Of a DNA stretch of 64,000 bases, positions 51,256-64,000 are shown piece after piece. The notes below the pieces were generated by a model, which saw nothing but the letters and a program-made list of their open reading frames with translations, searched no databases and had not been told where the DNA came from. Each line of letters opens with the position of its first letter. The stretch's first letter is position 1. The position numbers were made by a program, and so were the translations under genes. Origin of the DNA: Eledone cirrhosa (taxonomy: Eukaryota); assembly GCA_964016885.1 (NCBI GenBank), contig OZ024751.1, positions 24,676,001-24,740,000 on the forward strand. The letters are read 5' to 3'.

Positions 51256-53881
51256 CCATGTTAGATCTAACTAACTTACTAGATCTACCAACTCATAATA
51301 TTATATTATAAAATTAAATCAAATTATTTAACACTACAAGTGAAGTCCTTCTTTTCTTTTTTCAAATATACCTAACTGTATCAAGGATCTCACATATTTT
51401 CCAATATATATATATATATATACACAAAGTCTTAATTGTGTTTTCAATTAATTGAGGCTGATAATAATAGTTTCAAGCAGCTACCAATCATTAAGAAAAA
51501 GATGGGAACAGTTTATTACCAATAAGGTCTCCAGTAATAGAAGCTATTTAAAGCAGACCTTAAACTAAAATCATGAGGTAAGGTAGTTAGAGAATGCTCT
51601 GGTCAAATATAGTGAGTGGGTATCAAAGACAATTATCATGTAGAACAGCAGGATCAAGAGAATGAAACATTAACAAAAAAAAAAGAAATTTGTCAGAACA
51701 GGAGAAGTGTGTATGTGTGTGGTGTGGGAGGGGGGGGGGGGGCATCATAAGAGATAAGGGAGTCACAGAGAAAGGGGCTCATGAAAGTAGAGACAAAGGT
51801 ATGTATAGAGAGAAGGAAGAGGGGTTTAGAGATATTAATAATAAATTATATTTCAATAATCTTTGTGGCATCAGTTGAATTATAATTTTAGTTCTCACCA
51901 CTCATAAATTTATCATGCAAAATGTCTTTGAAGTTTGAGCAAATGATTAGGTTAAAATATAATGACAGTTTCACAAACAGTTAATGTGCTGAATGCAAAC
52001 CTATTACACAGGAATTTATGAAATAGTGGTGTTTGCCATGTAGTAATCAATGACAGGCTCCTTTAGGGGCGGGAGGAGGTGTGGGTGGGTGGGTCATGGT
52101 CCTTTATACACCCAGCCTAGACAAATTAATTGCAAACAAGTCATCCTTGCTTCAACTCTGACTCACAGTCAGAATCTGAGAGTGTTTCTAGCTCTAAAGC
52201 TGAACCCTTTTTGATACAAAATTGCCTGAAACTGCTTCTGGTTCTATGAAACAAAACTGTTTATTCTAAAGTGTTTATATTTATCTAAAAAAACTTCAAT
52301 CATAATTTTATGTAAGAACCTTTGTTATGTTATGTTTCTAATACCAACAAAAGTTAGATATATTACTAAATCTCTCTAAATTCTTGAATATTAAAAAAAA
52401 AAGGTTAAACTGTTTATATTTATCTAATAACTTTCCATCATAATTATTTGTAAGAACCTTGTTATGTTTCGAGCACCGACTCAATGTGAAAGTTAGATAC
52501 AATACTAAATCCTTCCAAATTCTTGGTTATTTTCAAAATGATTTGAAGACCATAAGCAATGTCTTTCATTAGATATACGGTTGAATTATTTTATGTTCAG
52601 ATAAAAACCTTCCACTTTACTTGTGGCAGCGTTTACCTGAGGTGGGTTGAGCTGGCTCCATCAAAGGAATTCAGTGTAAGTTCATTTCCATAGAGCCTTT
52701 TCAGATGGTTGGTTTCACAAGCAGTGCCCAGCCACAAGTATATGCACTTTAGGATAATGCTATCCAAACACTGCATCGGTTTTGGTGCCAAGCTCTTATT
52801 TTCACACACAACCCAATTTGGTGGAGCCAGTGCCTTGACGGTGGACACATGGGAAGCAGTTTGGCTGGCACATAATTTTATATAAGAACCTTTGTTAAGT
52901 TATGTTCCAAACTCCAGTTTAATAATAGAAAAGTTAGCTATATCATTAAATAACTCTAAATTCTTGACTATATTCAATATAATTTGAAGACCATAAGCAG
53001 TGTCTTTCATTAGAAATATGATAATGAATGGGTTAAATTGTTTTAATGTTTAGATAAAAACCTTCCATCATAATTTTAACCTAATCATTTGCTCAAACTT
53101 CAAAGACATTTTGCATTAGAATCTTTGTTAAGTTATGTTCCAAACACTGAATTAAGAGACCACAGCTCTGATACTATGGGAATGTGGTTAGAATATCTCA
53201 GAAAGAATCGCTGGACGGATTTTACGGGCAAAACCAACAGGTAGGAGACACAGGGGTAGATCCCAGGCAAGATATTTGGATGACATCCATCAGCTTAGCT
53301 AGTCTTGCTTAAGTTATGTTCCAAACACCAGTTTAATAATTTAGCTATATCATTAAATAACTCTAAATTCTTGATTATTTTCAAAATTATTTGAAGACCA
53401 TAAGCAGTGTCTTTCATTAGAAATATGGTAATGAAAGGGTTAAATATCTGATTGTACAAAGGCTATAATATCATTCTTTATCTAACGAAGGCGATGGAAT
53501 CCATTATCAATGATTTAGTTCTGATAATGATAATAATAGGAGACAACAAGTCAGTGAAATAGAATTGTTATCAGAGAAAGCTAAACAGAAATTTAACTCT
53601 TTCATTACCATATGAAAAACACTGCCTATGATTTTCATAGAAATTTGAAAATAATCCATAATTTATAGGGATTTTATAAAATAACTATCTTTCTCATTAT
53701 CAATCTGGTGCCTGAAGCATAACTTAAATCTCATTACCATATTCCTAATGAAAGACAATAATTATGATTTTTTTTATTGTTTTCAAGATAATCCAAAATT
53801 TAGAAAGATGAAGTAAAATATCTGATTCTCTCATTATTAACCTGGTGTTTGGAACATAAGATTCTTACATAAAACTATGAA

Positions 53882-54208
53882 GCAAAACCTATCCTGGAAA
53901 CGACATCCCACCTTGTCTAAAATCTACGGCAAACTCCCTCGAGCCTCTGCCCTTCTAAAATCCCGGAGAGCTCAATTTGCTGGCCAATGTCACCGTGCCA
54001 GCAATGAAATCATATCCGCTCTCTTGCTCTGGAACCCTGACTCCAGCCTGACTAGGAGTAGGAAGCTGTCATTCCCTGACGTTATCTCTAGGGATACGGG
54101 GAATCAGCAGACAGGACCTGGGGGCAGCGATGGGGGACAGGGGATTCTGGGGCATGAGAGTGGGATCCATCATCTCGACAGTAGTCAACGAGTGATGATG
54201 GTGATGAT
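53882..54208 (+). mobile_element. RTE-like LINE 3' fragment (different family)
   Basis: SWKRHPT...IYGKLP...RRAQFAGQCHR...LLLWNP, typical of the C-terminus of RTE-type ORF2, with a (GAT)n tail. It is inserted in a MITE-like repeat. Confidence 0.7.
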
Positions 54209-54624
54209 GGAAGTTTTACTTTAGATAAATATAAACATTTTAAAACAGTTTAGTCTCACGATGATGATGATGATGATGATAATGGTGATGATGATTATGG
54301 TAACAATGGTGATGACAATAATGATGGTGACAATGGTGATGATGGTGGCGGTGGTGGTGATGATGACGATGATGATGGTGGTGATAATGGTGACGATGAT
54401 GATAGTGATGGTGATGGTGACAATGATGATGGTGATGGTGGTGGTGATGATGATGGTGAGGATGATGATAGTGATGATGATGGTGACAATGATGATAGTG
54501 ATGGTGATGGTGGTGGTGATGGTGATGATGGTGACGATGATGATAGTGATGGTGATGGTGGTGGTGATGATGATGGTGACGATGGTGATGATGATGGCAA
54601 TGAGGGTGATGATGGTGATGATGT

Positions 54625-54665
<41 letters not shown>

Positions 54666-54734
54666 GTTACAAATACAATGATTGGGGTTAGAAAGAATTT
54701 GAAATTATTTTCATGTCCGCTGCAGAGGAATGAA

Positions 54735-55645
54735 GAGATGGATGGTTAGATGGACAGATGGATGGTTAGATAGATAGATGGATGGCTAGATAGACAGATG
54801 GATGGTTAGATAGACAGATGGATGGTTAGATAGACAGATGGATGGCTAGATAGACAGATGGATGGCTAGATAGACAGATGGATGGCTAGATAGACAGATG
54901 GATGGCTAGATAGACAGATGGATGGTTAGATAGACAGATGGATGGCTAGATAGACAGATGGATGGTTAGATAGATAGATGGATGGCTAGATAGACAGATG
55001 GATGGTTAGATAGACAGATGGATGGCTAGATAGACAGATGGATGGCTAGATAGACAGATGGATGGTTAGATAGACAGATGGATGGCTAGATAGACAGATG
55101 GATGGCTAGATAGACAGATGGATGGCTAGATAGACAGATGGATGGCTAGATAGACAGATGGATGGCTAGATAGACAGATGGATGGTTAGATAGACAGATG
55201 GATGGCTAGATAGACAGATGGATGGCTAGATAGACAGATGGATGGCTAGATAGACAGATGGATGGCTAGATAGACAGATGGATGGCTAGATAGATGGACA
55301 GATGGATGGCTAGATAGACAGATGGATGGCTAGATAGATGAACAGATGGATGGCTAGATAGACAGATGGATGGCTAGATAGATAGACAGATGGATGGCTA
55401 GATAGACAGATGGATGGCTAGATAGACAGATGGATGTCTAGATAGACAGATGGACAGATGGATGGCTAGAGTGATGGCTAGATAGATAGATAAACAGATG
55501 GATGGATGGACAGATAGATAGAGATGGATAGATGGATAGTTAGAGATGGATTGCTAGAGATGGATTGACAGATGGATGGATGGATGACTAGATAGAGATG
55601 GATGGCTAGATGGATAGAGATGGCTAGATAGACAGATGGATGAAT
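54735..55645. repeat. 20-bp minisatellite (gatggctagatagacagatg)n
   Basis: Direct reading. Confidence 0.95.
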
Positions 55646-55649
55646 GAAG

Positions 55650-56097
55650 GCGGCGGGGTGATCCTCACGATGGACTCAGCTGACTGGATGCATCCTACAC
55701 GTGACAGTAGCTATTCGACATAATTCCACAGATCGGTCACCCCTGGGCACTGAACAATTGCGTGCAGAACGGTTTCCATGTCCTGCTCGCATCTTGGACA
55801 GGTCCTTTTGGCAGGATCTCTGCCAGGGCGTCCGTGCCTGTAGATTTTGTCTCGAACTGGTAGAGCTCCTCAGTAGCACTGCCAGGCCAGAGAGAGATCT
55901 CTAGTAGTTATCCATAGGCCCGGACGGAAAGTCCTGCCGAACAGACTAGTCAGTTCGTCTTCCTCGATGCCTAGAGTTTCCCCCGAGAACGCCGTCGCAC
56001 TTATCCGCCACTAATCCCCTATAGAATGTCGAAGTGGAGTCTCCGCTGATTGCCATTTCTGCTTGGTAGAGGGCTGTGAGTGCCTGAAGGCACTTGA
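55650..56097 (-). mobile_element. 3' fragment of the same L1/Tx1 family
   Basis: High similarity to 8555-8890 (e.g. caggatctctgccagggcgtcc, agaacgccgtcgcacttatcc). Confidence 0.88.
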
Positions 56098-56904
56098 GAT
56101 AGATAGATAGATGGATGGATGGATAGATAAATAGATAGATAGCAAGATGCCTAAATGGATGGCTAGTTAGATAGCTAGAGATGGATGGATAAATGGATGT
56201 TAATAAAATCACACAGGAAACCAATGAAGTTGTGTTAATCTGTAAAAATAAAGTCCCCCCCCCCCAACCTCATAATGAGACTCCTATTGATTGGGTTTTT
56301 TTTTTCAAATATTAACACTATTAATTGTGTATATGGCATTCTTTGCATATAGTCTTCTGTATATCCCAATATGAAGAATCAATACTTATTGATCATGTAT
56401 TTAAGAGAAATATACAATAAAGTGCAATATACATCGTATTGATATAGTGTGTATGGAGAAGTGTTCCTTTGTTATCACAAATCAATAAGTAAAGCCCCCA
56501 CCAAACCTGACGTAACCCTACCTAACACCCCCAACACTATTGACCAAATGGACTGAGCAGGTTTTTTTTCTTTTAACTTTTTTCATCATTTTTTTTCAGT
56601 GAAGCCAATTTTCTCTCTGAACTATTTTGGTTCAAAGTCAGAGTTGGCTGGGGGTTTAAGGGCTGGTGCTGGTAATGTTAGGGCTTATTCTATAACTAAA
56701 TCAGGCAAAGTAAAAATAAAATGTGTTTATGTTGGGTTCCAGTGACAAAATAAGTAAACATATTTAGATAAATAAATATATAAATAGATATAAAAAAGTA
56801 AAGAATTGAAAATAAATGCAACGGTTCACAGGTGGTCTAGTATATATATAAAGTCGGTGTAAAATATATACAAGAATACAATGTGGACATACACATATAT
56901 ACAC

Positions 56905-57652
56905 ATTTTGGTAGCTGCAAAAGGCTTGTCCCTCAAAATGAAAGGCAGACTATGATGGGTGCATACGAACACCAATGTTACATGGTAGTGAGATCTTGGC
57001 ACTGTGCATAGAAGACTTTTTAGATTAGAAAGAAACAAAGTTTGCATGCTCCGATGGATGTGGAATAGTAATATACGCGAATGGCAAAGCATAAACGAAC
57101 TGAGAGAGAGACTGAGCATAAGAGGAATCAAATGCTGTTGGCAGGAGAGAAGGATGCGTTGGTATGGACATGTGATGCATATGAAGGATGACAGCTGCAT
57201 AAAAAGGTGCAGAGCACTAAAAGTTGATGGAAGCCGTGGAGTGGGGAGACCCAAGAAGACCTGTGACGAGGTGATAAAAGCAGACCTTGCCCAATTGCAC
57301 CTCTCAACGGCGATGACACAGGATTGTCACCTCTGGCGTCATGCAGTAATACAGAAGAGCCGACTTTCCACAGGAACAAGCCGAAGCATATAGGCAATAT
57401 ACCCCCATCCCCTCCCACTGCAAAAAAGCACCCAGCCCACAGTGTAAAATAGATGCCACAAAAAAAGAAGCACCCAGCACTCACTGTAAATGAGGTTGGT
57501 GTTAGGAAGGGCATCCAGCTGTAGAAATCAAGCCAGAATCAGTTCCTGAATAAGCACGACAAGGTCAGCCGACTTAACACTGCCCACAACAGGACAACCT
57601 GTCTAACCCATGCTAACATAGAAGAATCGACGTAAAACGGTGATGATGATGA
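56905..57652 (+). mobile_element. RTE LINE 3' fragment with SINE-shared tail
   Basis: ORF 57004-57393 (RRMRWYGHV, GRPKKT) is paralogous to 40.8-41.1 kb and ends in (GAT)n. Confidence 0.85.
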
Positions 57653-58199
57653 TATAAATATGTATATATATACACATACACATACATACACACATATATA
57701 TAAATACATACATATACATATGTAAAGTTATGTTGGTGCCACAACATCCACAACATGCCGAAACAAATGAGGTCGTGTAGATGTCACGACAAAAAAACAC
57801 ACAGTCCACGCTGTAATGTGGCCGTGTAGGTAACACGGTAAAAACCTCCCAGTCCCACACTGTAAATGTGGTTGGTGTTAGGAAGGGCATCCAGCTGTAG
57901 AAAACCTGCCAGACAGTCCTATGCGAGCAAGACAACCACTCTTGCCTCAAGTGGGAAAACTCCCGTCCAAACCCATGCAAGCATGGAATATGGACGATGA
58001 TATACAGAATGCAAATACACACGTAATCATATATACATATATATATATATATTTTGAGTATATGTTGGTTGTGTACCAACACCTCAGTATGCAGATTGGA
58101 GCACTCGACAAAGTGCGCAGGTTGGTTTGGTTACTCCGGAGTAATGTAAAATAAAATAAAATAAATAAGTCAAATGTTTAAAATTTGGCTTCGTTTATT

Positions 58200-58254
58200 A
58201 CTGCTATATATATTTCGGTGACAGCCATCTTTGGCTGTGACCTCTTCAGGCAGT
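58200..58254 (-). ncRNA. Type I hammerhead ribozyme, Penelope-type
   Basis: ACUGC-CUGAAGA-GGU c ACAGCCA aaga UGGCUGU c ACC-GAAA-UAUAUA-UA^GCAGU: complete core, 5-bp helix I, long helix II, palindromic helix III. AAUAAA follows immediately. Confidence 0.8.
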
Positions 58255-59629
58255 CCGAATTAGTGTGGTATAGACAAGTACATATGTTGTTGAGGTGTAT
58301 AACTTTGTCAATACTCTGATATGCCCAGTTCCTGGTTGGGTTGTTGTTTCATTGAGGAACTGGAATCATATGATTCCAGATAACCCTTGCCATTCTGAGT
58401 TCAAATCCCGCCAAGGTTAACTTTGCCTTTCATCCTTGCGGGATCAATAAAATAAAGTACCAGTAATGTACTGGGGATTTGCTGACCTTGTGCCAAAAGT
58501 AGAAACAATTATGTTTATTGATTGATTATGCGCGTTTTGCTATTGATCAGCTCAAGGTTCGATCTGGCCTGACTCTGGAATCAAAAGCTCGTCGGCCCTC
58601 TGCTGTGGTAATGACAGAATGAATATATAAAGCATAGAAATGTCTGTAACGTTAGGCGTTCATCTGGTGGTTTTAGCTATGAGAAATGTTTTACCATGTG
58701 TGATAGGAGGGGTGGGGGTGTGAGCATAGTCACGTGGGTGTGTGGGGGGAGCGATGGCTGATGTGAGTTGCGGGGTGTGGTGTTTTGGCTTATCCTAGAC
58801 ATTTTGGCGTGTACGTAGTGAGGTACTGTGTGTGGTAGGGCTGTGCGTGATAGGATGAAAGAATGCGATGCTGTACTAGGGGTAGGGAGGTTTCTGATGG
58901 TCATCAGTTTGTCACAGAAGAGTGAGTGGAAAGAAAGGAAGGAAGACATGTGTGGTAGGTTATACTAGGTGGTGGTGGTGGTGGGGGGGGGGGGGGGATA
59001 TATATATAGTTTTAAATAATTTATTGTTGTGGTGTTTACTATATAACACGAGAAATTAATCCATTCCCTCTTTGAGAGAGAAAGGGAGAGAGAGAGAGAG
59101 GGGGAGGGACATTTTGTTTACATTCGTTTACTTGTTTTAGTCGGCAGACTGCGGTCATGCTGGGGCACCGACTTAATATATATATATACATGCATCTTTT
59201 ACTTTTGAATTATTATAGCTCTGCAGTTTTTGTCTACCAAATTCCGCTCACAAGGCATTGGCCAGTCTGAAGCAATAGTAAAGACAGGTGCCCAAGGTGC
59301 AACATGTTACGAATAAGAAACGAACTCCTTAACGATACTTAAGTATTGAGATAAATTATTAGAACTAATCTAAAGCACTCTACACCGTAAAATATCTCAC
59401 GAACGACCCCAATATGATAGGAAAATAAAGAATAACATAAGTGATAGCAAAATCATTTTTGGGACGAAAGTTTGTTTTTGGTATCGTTACTAGAAATATA
59501 CTTAATGAATATTTGACATTAATGGACATAAAAATGCCGAAATGAAATTATGATGAAATATTATGAATACCCAGTTTTGTTATCCATCAAAATAAAATGT
59601 CATTTTTCTTTGAAGAAGAAAAAGAAAAA

Positions 59630-60095
59630 AAAATGACGTAGACACGTGTTGCTGTTAGCAACACGCTTGTTTTCGTTGACAAAAGAGTTCTACAAACCTT
59701 GAGTTCGACTTGTCACGTGATATGTAACCGGGGAAAAAAAAAAAAGAATTTACAAGATCGAGCCCGGATGAAACGAGACCGGGTGAAAGGAGACTGGATG
59801 ATAGGTGAACAGATGAAACGAGAGCGGGTGAAAGGAGACTGGATGATAGGTGAACGGATGAAATGAGGCAGGATAAAACAAGACCGGATAAAACGAGACC
59901 AGATAAAACGAGACCGGATAAAACGAGACAGGAAAAAACGAGACCGGATGAAACAGGACTGACCTAAAAACAAACAAACAAAACAATTTAATAAACAAAC
60001 CAACAATTTTCCGGTGTTTAATCAGATCTGCGTTTCGATTGGTTGACGATGACATCACCTGTCAACCATCACTCAATGACGTCATGCGCAGATGT
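59630..60095. promoter_or_regulatory. Putative (possibly bidirectional) promoter region
   Basis: Locally CpG-rich unique sequence. It clusters TGACGTA, E-box CACGTG (59643), palindromic RFX X-box-like GTTGCTGTTAGCAAC (59648-59662), GTCACGTGA (59712-59720), ATTGG (CCAAT box), CRE TGACGTCA (~60077) and TGCGCA. It lies upstream of the minus-strand gene. Confidence 0.5.
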
Positions 60096-61517
60096 GAGCT
60101 AGCTTCGACTTAATTGCAAATATTTTTTTCACTGTAATAATGCCTCGACTGTTGTGAAAAACATCCAGAATTAAAATATTTGTAAACAGATAACAAATAC
60201 ACACACAAATAAAAAGCATCTAATTTAGTCCAGCTTATTATTTTTTTTATAAACATTAACGATTTCAAGAAATGAAAGTCCATTATAGCAGATGTGAAAT
60301 TCCATCAGAATGACTAATTTGAAACAATTTAGAAATTTTATTTACATATTGAAAATCCATTTGCGTTAAATTCTTCATTTAAAATAGAATACGTACATAA
60401 TATAAAATAAAATAAATATGCAACAAGTGTATGGTGTATAAAAATGGTGACAGGCGTGTCAGTGTGTGTAAAATACATCTTTATTATTATTTTTATCATT
60501 ATTCATAGTTGAAATAACTTGAGACGTTTAGCAACGAGTGTCAGATTTTAGTGAGAAGAAATAAATTACTTTACTGGAGGAAAAATAAGGAAAAAATATG
60601 AGATGGATAATTATTATATAAGCATTGTAAAAAAAACAAGCATTAATGTAATATAATTATATATATGTGTGTATATATATCTAATGATGCTTGAAAGGGA
60701 AGTCAGTTACGGATGGAGTCACCAAGTGTTACAATAGTGAACACAGAAGCTTGCTCTCCGTCATCACCATCATACCATTGTTACTGTGTGATGACGCAGA
60801 GAGAGAGAGAGGAAGAAATAGATGAAAAAAGAAACAACGGAAGGGAGAATTTAATAAAAATAAAATGAGCGTAAGCGGAAGGAAGGTAGAGAAAAAGAAG
60901 TGAGATGGGCGTATTAGAAAGAGTAAAGGGGAATAAGAGAGGGAAAGAGTAAAACTGTGAGAGTGAAAGGAAAGAGAATTTGAAAGAGCGGGAGTGGACA
61001 GCAGGAAATGAGAGGGAAGGAAGTTGCAGTGAGAGTGATAGAGTGAGAGAAAGAGTATTGTTGGTGGCGGCAGCGGGAGCACAGCTTTAACAACGTCAGC
61101 AGCAGCCACAGCAGTGATAATGATGATGATAAAGAGAGTGAAAGCAGTGGCTACCTGATTGAACGGAGGAGAAGGAAGGGGAGGCTGTGGCTACCTGATT
61201 GAACGGAGAAAAAAAAAGACAGAAGAAGCAGTCGTGGCTGGGAACGCAAAGCCCATTTGCTCTACCTCCACTCTAAAATAAAACATATTTCTTCATGTCA
61301 TGTCCGCACTTTTTAAACTTTCCTTAAACCTAACTGACAAAAAAGGAGAGAGAGATAAGGGAGAAAGAATTTAAGAAAAAAATAAAAAAAAGCTTGGAGG
61401 CGAGGCCAGGTTTAAATATTTTCTGTTGTCAGGTAGGTGTGATGTTTCCTATCTCTTTCTCCATGTAACATAGCCTCATTTAATTTTTGTTAATTCGGGA
61501 GTTGGGGTTTAAACTAG

Positions 61518-61549
61518 ATGACAGCTGCGTACTTGTCATCCGGAATTTG
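61518..61549 (+). CDS. Possible first coding exon of a divergent gene (MTAAYLSSGI-)
   Basis: ATG followed by 10 codons and a good donor TG|gtaagc, downstream of a purine-rich unique leader (~60.7-61.5 kb). No homology evidence. Confidence 0.2.
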
Positions 61550-62373
61550 GTAAGCAAAAAATAAATAGAAGAAAAAAATAAAGCCATAAATGAACAGGAC
61601 ATCGGAATCTAATAATCTGTGCAAGCACTTGTTGGTTTATTTCACATACACAGGCATTGCTATAATTTGCGGATGGGTAATTTTACTTGCATAGTAACAA
61701 TTATTACTCCCTTCTTATCTTCGTCATCTCATCGCATTAATCCTTCCAAACCTTGTCTTCTTTACAAGGATGGAGAAAAAAAAATCCACTGAAAAAATGC
61801 AAGGCTACAAGAAGCAACACTAACATTCTTTCACTAATTACATCGTTGCCACTTCAAAATGGATGACGGTGATCTTCCTCTCACATCCTATTTCTTCTCC
61901 TCGCATTTGCCAGCCTCTTTCCTTTTCACTTTTACTACGTTCAAACACACGCACACAATTATTTCTGCCAAAAAAAAAAACTGGATCTGACTTTGTAGTT
62001 TAGAGGAAATATTTCACGGGTCGTTGCCTATGGGTCTGTCATTTAGAGGCGCCGATCTTGTTTATAAAGAAGTGCTTTGCCCTTAATTTGCTCTGCACAT
62101 GGGTTGGGTTGACAGGGGCTTTATATACATATATATACACACACACACACATATATATAATCATATGTACACGAATGTCTTAGCACACATCTGGTCATCT
62201 ACTTATCTATGTACACATACATATGATTGCGTATATGGTTTGCTGAGATGTCTAAATTAATGATGTGTATAGTTTACAACAGGTATTGGTATTTTCTGAC
62301 GTGAAATTAGGTTCGAAACATCAACATTAAATATGCTTAGAACTAGTGACTATATTATATACACATTTATGAT

Positions 62374-62412
<39 letters not shown>

Positions 62413-62449
62413 ATATATATGACAGTATGTGTGTGTTTATTAGTGACAT

Positions 62450-62492
<43 letters not shown>

Positions 62493-62564
62493 TTACGGGG
62501 TCGATAAAATAAAGTACCAGTAATGCACTGAGTAATTGCTGGCCTTGTGCCAAAAAGTAGAAAC

Positions 62565-62609
<45 letters not shown>

Positions 62610-62717
62610 CATGACAGTGTGTGTGTGCATTACTGACAGTATGTGTAAATATGTTTATATGTATACATATACGTGACAGTATTTGTGTGTATTAATGACA
62701 GCATGTATATATATGTA

Positions 62718-62760
<43 letters not shown>

Positions 62761-63039
62761 GTTTGTGTGTATATAATGTATGTATGCATATACATACGTG
62801 TGTATATATATATATATATACATATACAAATGTTTGTGTGTATATAATGTATGTATGCATATACATACGTGTATATATATATATACACGTATGTATATGC
62901 ATACATACATTATATACACAAACATTTGTATATATATATATATGTGTGTGAATGAAGTAATTCCGTCGGAAAGGTCCAGGAAAAAAGAGTGCTCTATGTA
63001 GGTTACAGAGCTTAATAGTTATGTGTAGGTTACTATAAC

Positions 63040-63729
63040 TATATATATATATAATATATATATATAATGTATATATATATAATATATATAATGTATATAT
63101 ATATAATATATATATATAATGTATATATATAATATATATATATATATAATATATATATATAATGTATATATATATATATATATAATGTATATATATATAT
63201 AATGTATATATATATATAATGTATATATATATATAATGTATATATATAATATAATGTATATATATAATATATAATATAATGTATATATATAATATATATA
63301 TATAATGTATATATATATAATGTATATATATATATATATAATGTATATATATATATATATAATGTATATATATATATATAATGTATATATATAATATAAT
63401 GTATATATATAATATATATATAATGTATATATATAATATAATGTATATATATATATAATATATGTATAATGTATATATATAATATATATATAATGTATAT
63501 ATATAATATATATATAATGTATATATATAATATATATATAATATATATATAATATATATATAATGTATATATATAATATATATAATATATATATAATGTA
63601 TATATATAATATATATATAATGTATATATATAATATATATATAATGTATATATATAATATATATATAATGTATATATATATATATATATAATGTATATAT
63701 ATATATATAATATATATATAATATATATA

Positions 63730-63794
<65 letters not shown>

Positions 63795-63797
63795 ATG

Positions 63798-63820
<23 letters not shown>
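63040..63820. repeat. Long interrupted (TA)n/TAATG low-complexity tract
   Basis: Direct reading. It is the source of the 263-412 aa YI-rich ORFs. Confidence 0.95.
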
Positions 63821-63834
<14 letters not shown>

Positions 63835-64000
63835 GCGCTTGTGTGTGTGACTCATGTTGTAAACACATTTCAAGAGGTGTGTATCACAATAACTTTCGCA
63901 TGACTCAGTATATATACACACAGATAACACAAGGACTTTCAAATACATATACACATGGATATATATGGTTGCCTGTATATAACAAGGCTAGTTTTTTGTA

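Noticed and set aside
62630-63954. Long ORFs of 263-412 aa (and many YI/HT/LS/MMM/VVV ORFs elsewhere)
   Set aside because: Translations of (TA)n, (CA)n, (GA)n, (GAT)n and (GGT)n microsatellites with no coding signal.

Overview
Eukaryotic, AT-rich, microsatellite-dense genomic DNA. The repeat content suggests a cephalopod such as Octopus (inference). There is a 200-N assembly gap at 30165-30364. Almost all ORFs in the supplied track are microsatellite translations. Three phase-compatible minus-strand exons (49244-49374, 44574-44729, 2098-2212) splice into the N-terminal ~134 aa of a SWSAP1-like RecA-fold protein, with a ~42 kb intron and a Walker A loop that has lost its glycines. A motif-rich promoter-like region lies at ~59.6-60.1 kb, with a possible divergent first exon at ~61.5 kb. 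The introns contain decayed non-LTR retrotransposons (L1/Tx1, RTE, CR1-like, R4/Dong), tRNA-derived SINEs, piggyBac-, mariner- and pogo-type MITEs, and TE-derived minisatellites. The most unusual signal is about 10 hammerhead-ribozyme (HHR) motifs from several families, mostly Penelope-type with a palindromic helix III. They sit in short non-coding elements next to (TA)n tracts. Several of these elements form long fold-back palindromes whose symmetry axes fall on ribozyme landmarks, including one perfect 2x100 bp palindrome centred exactly on the predicted self-cleavage site.
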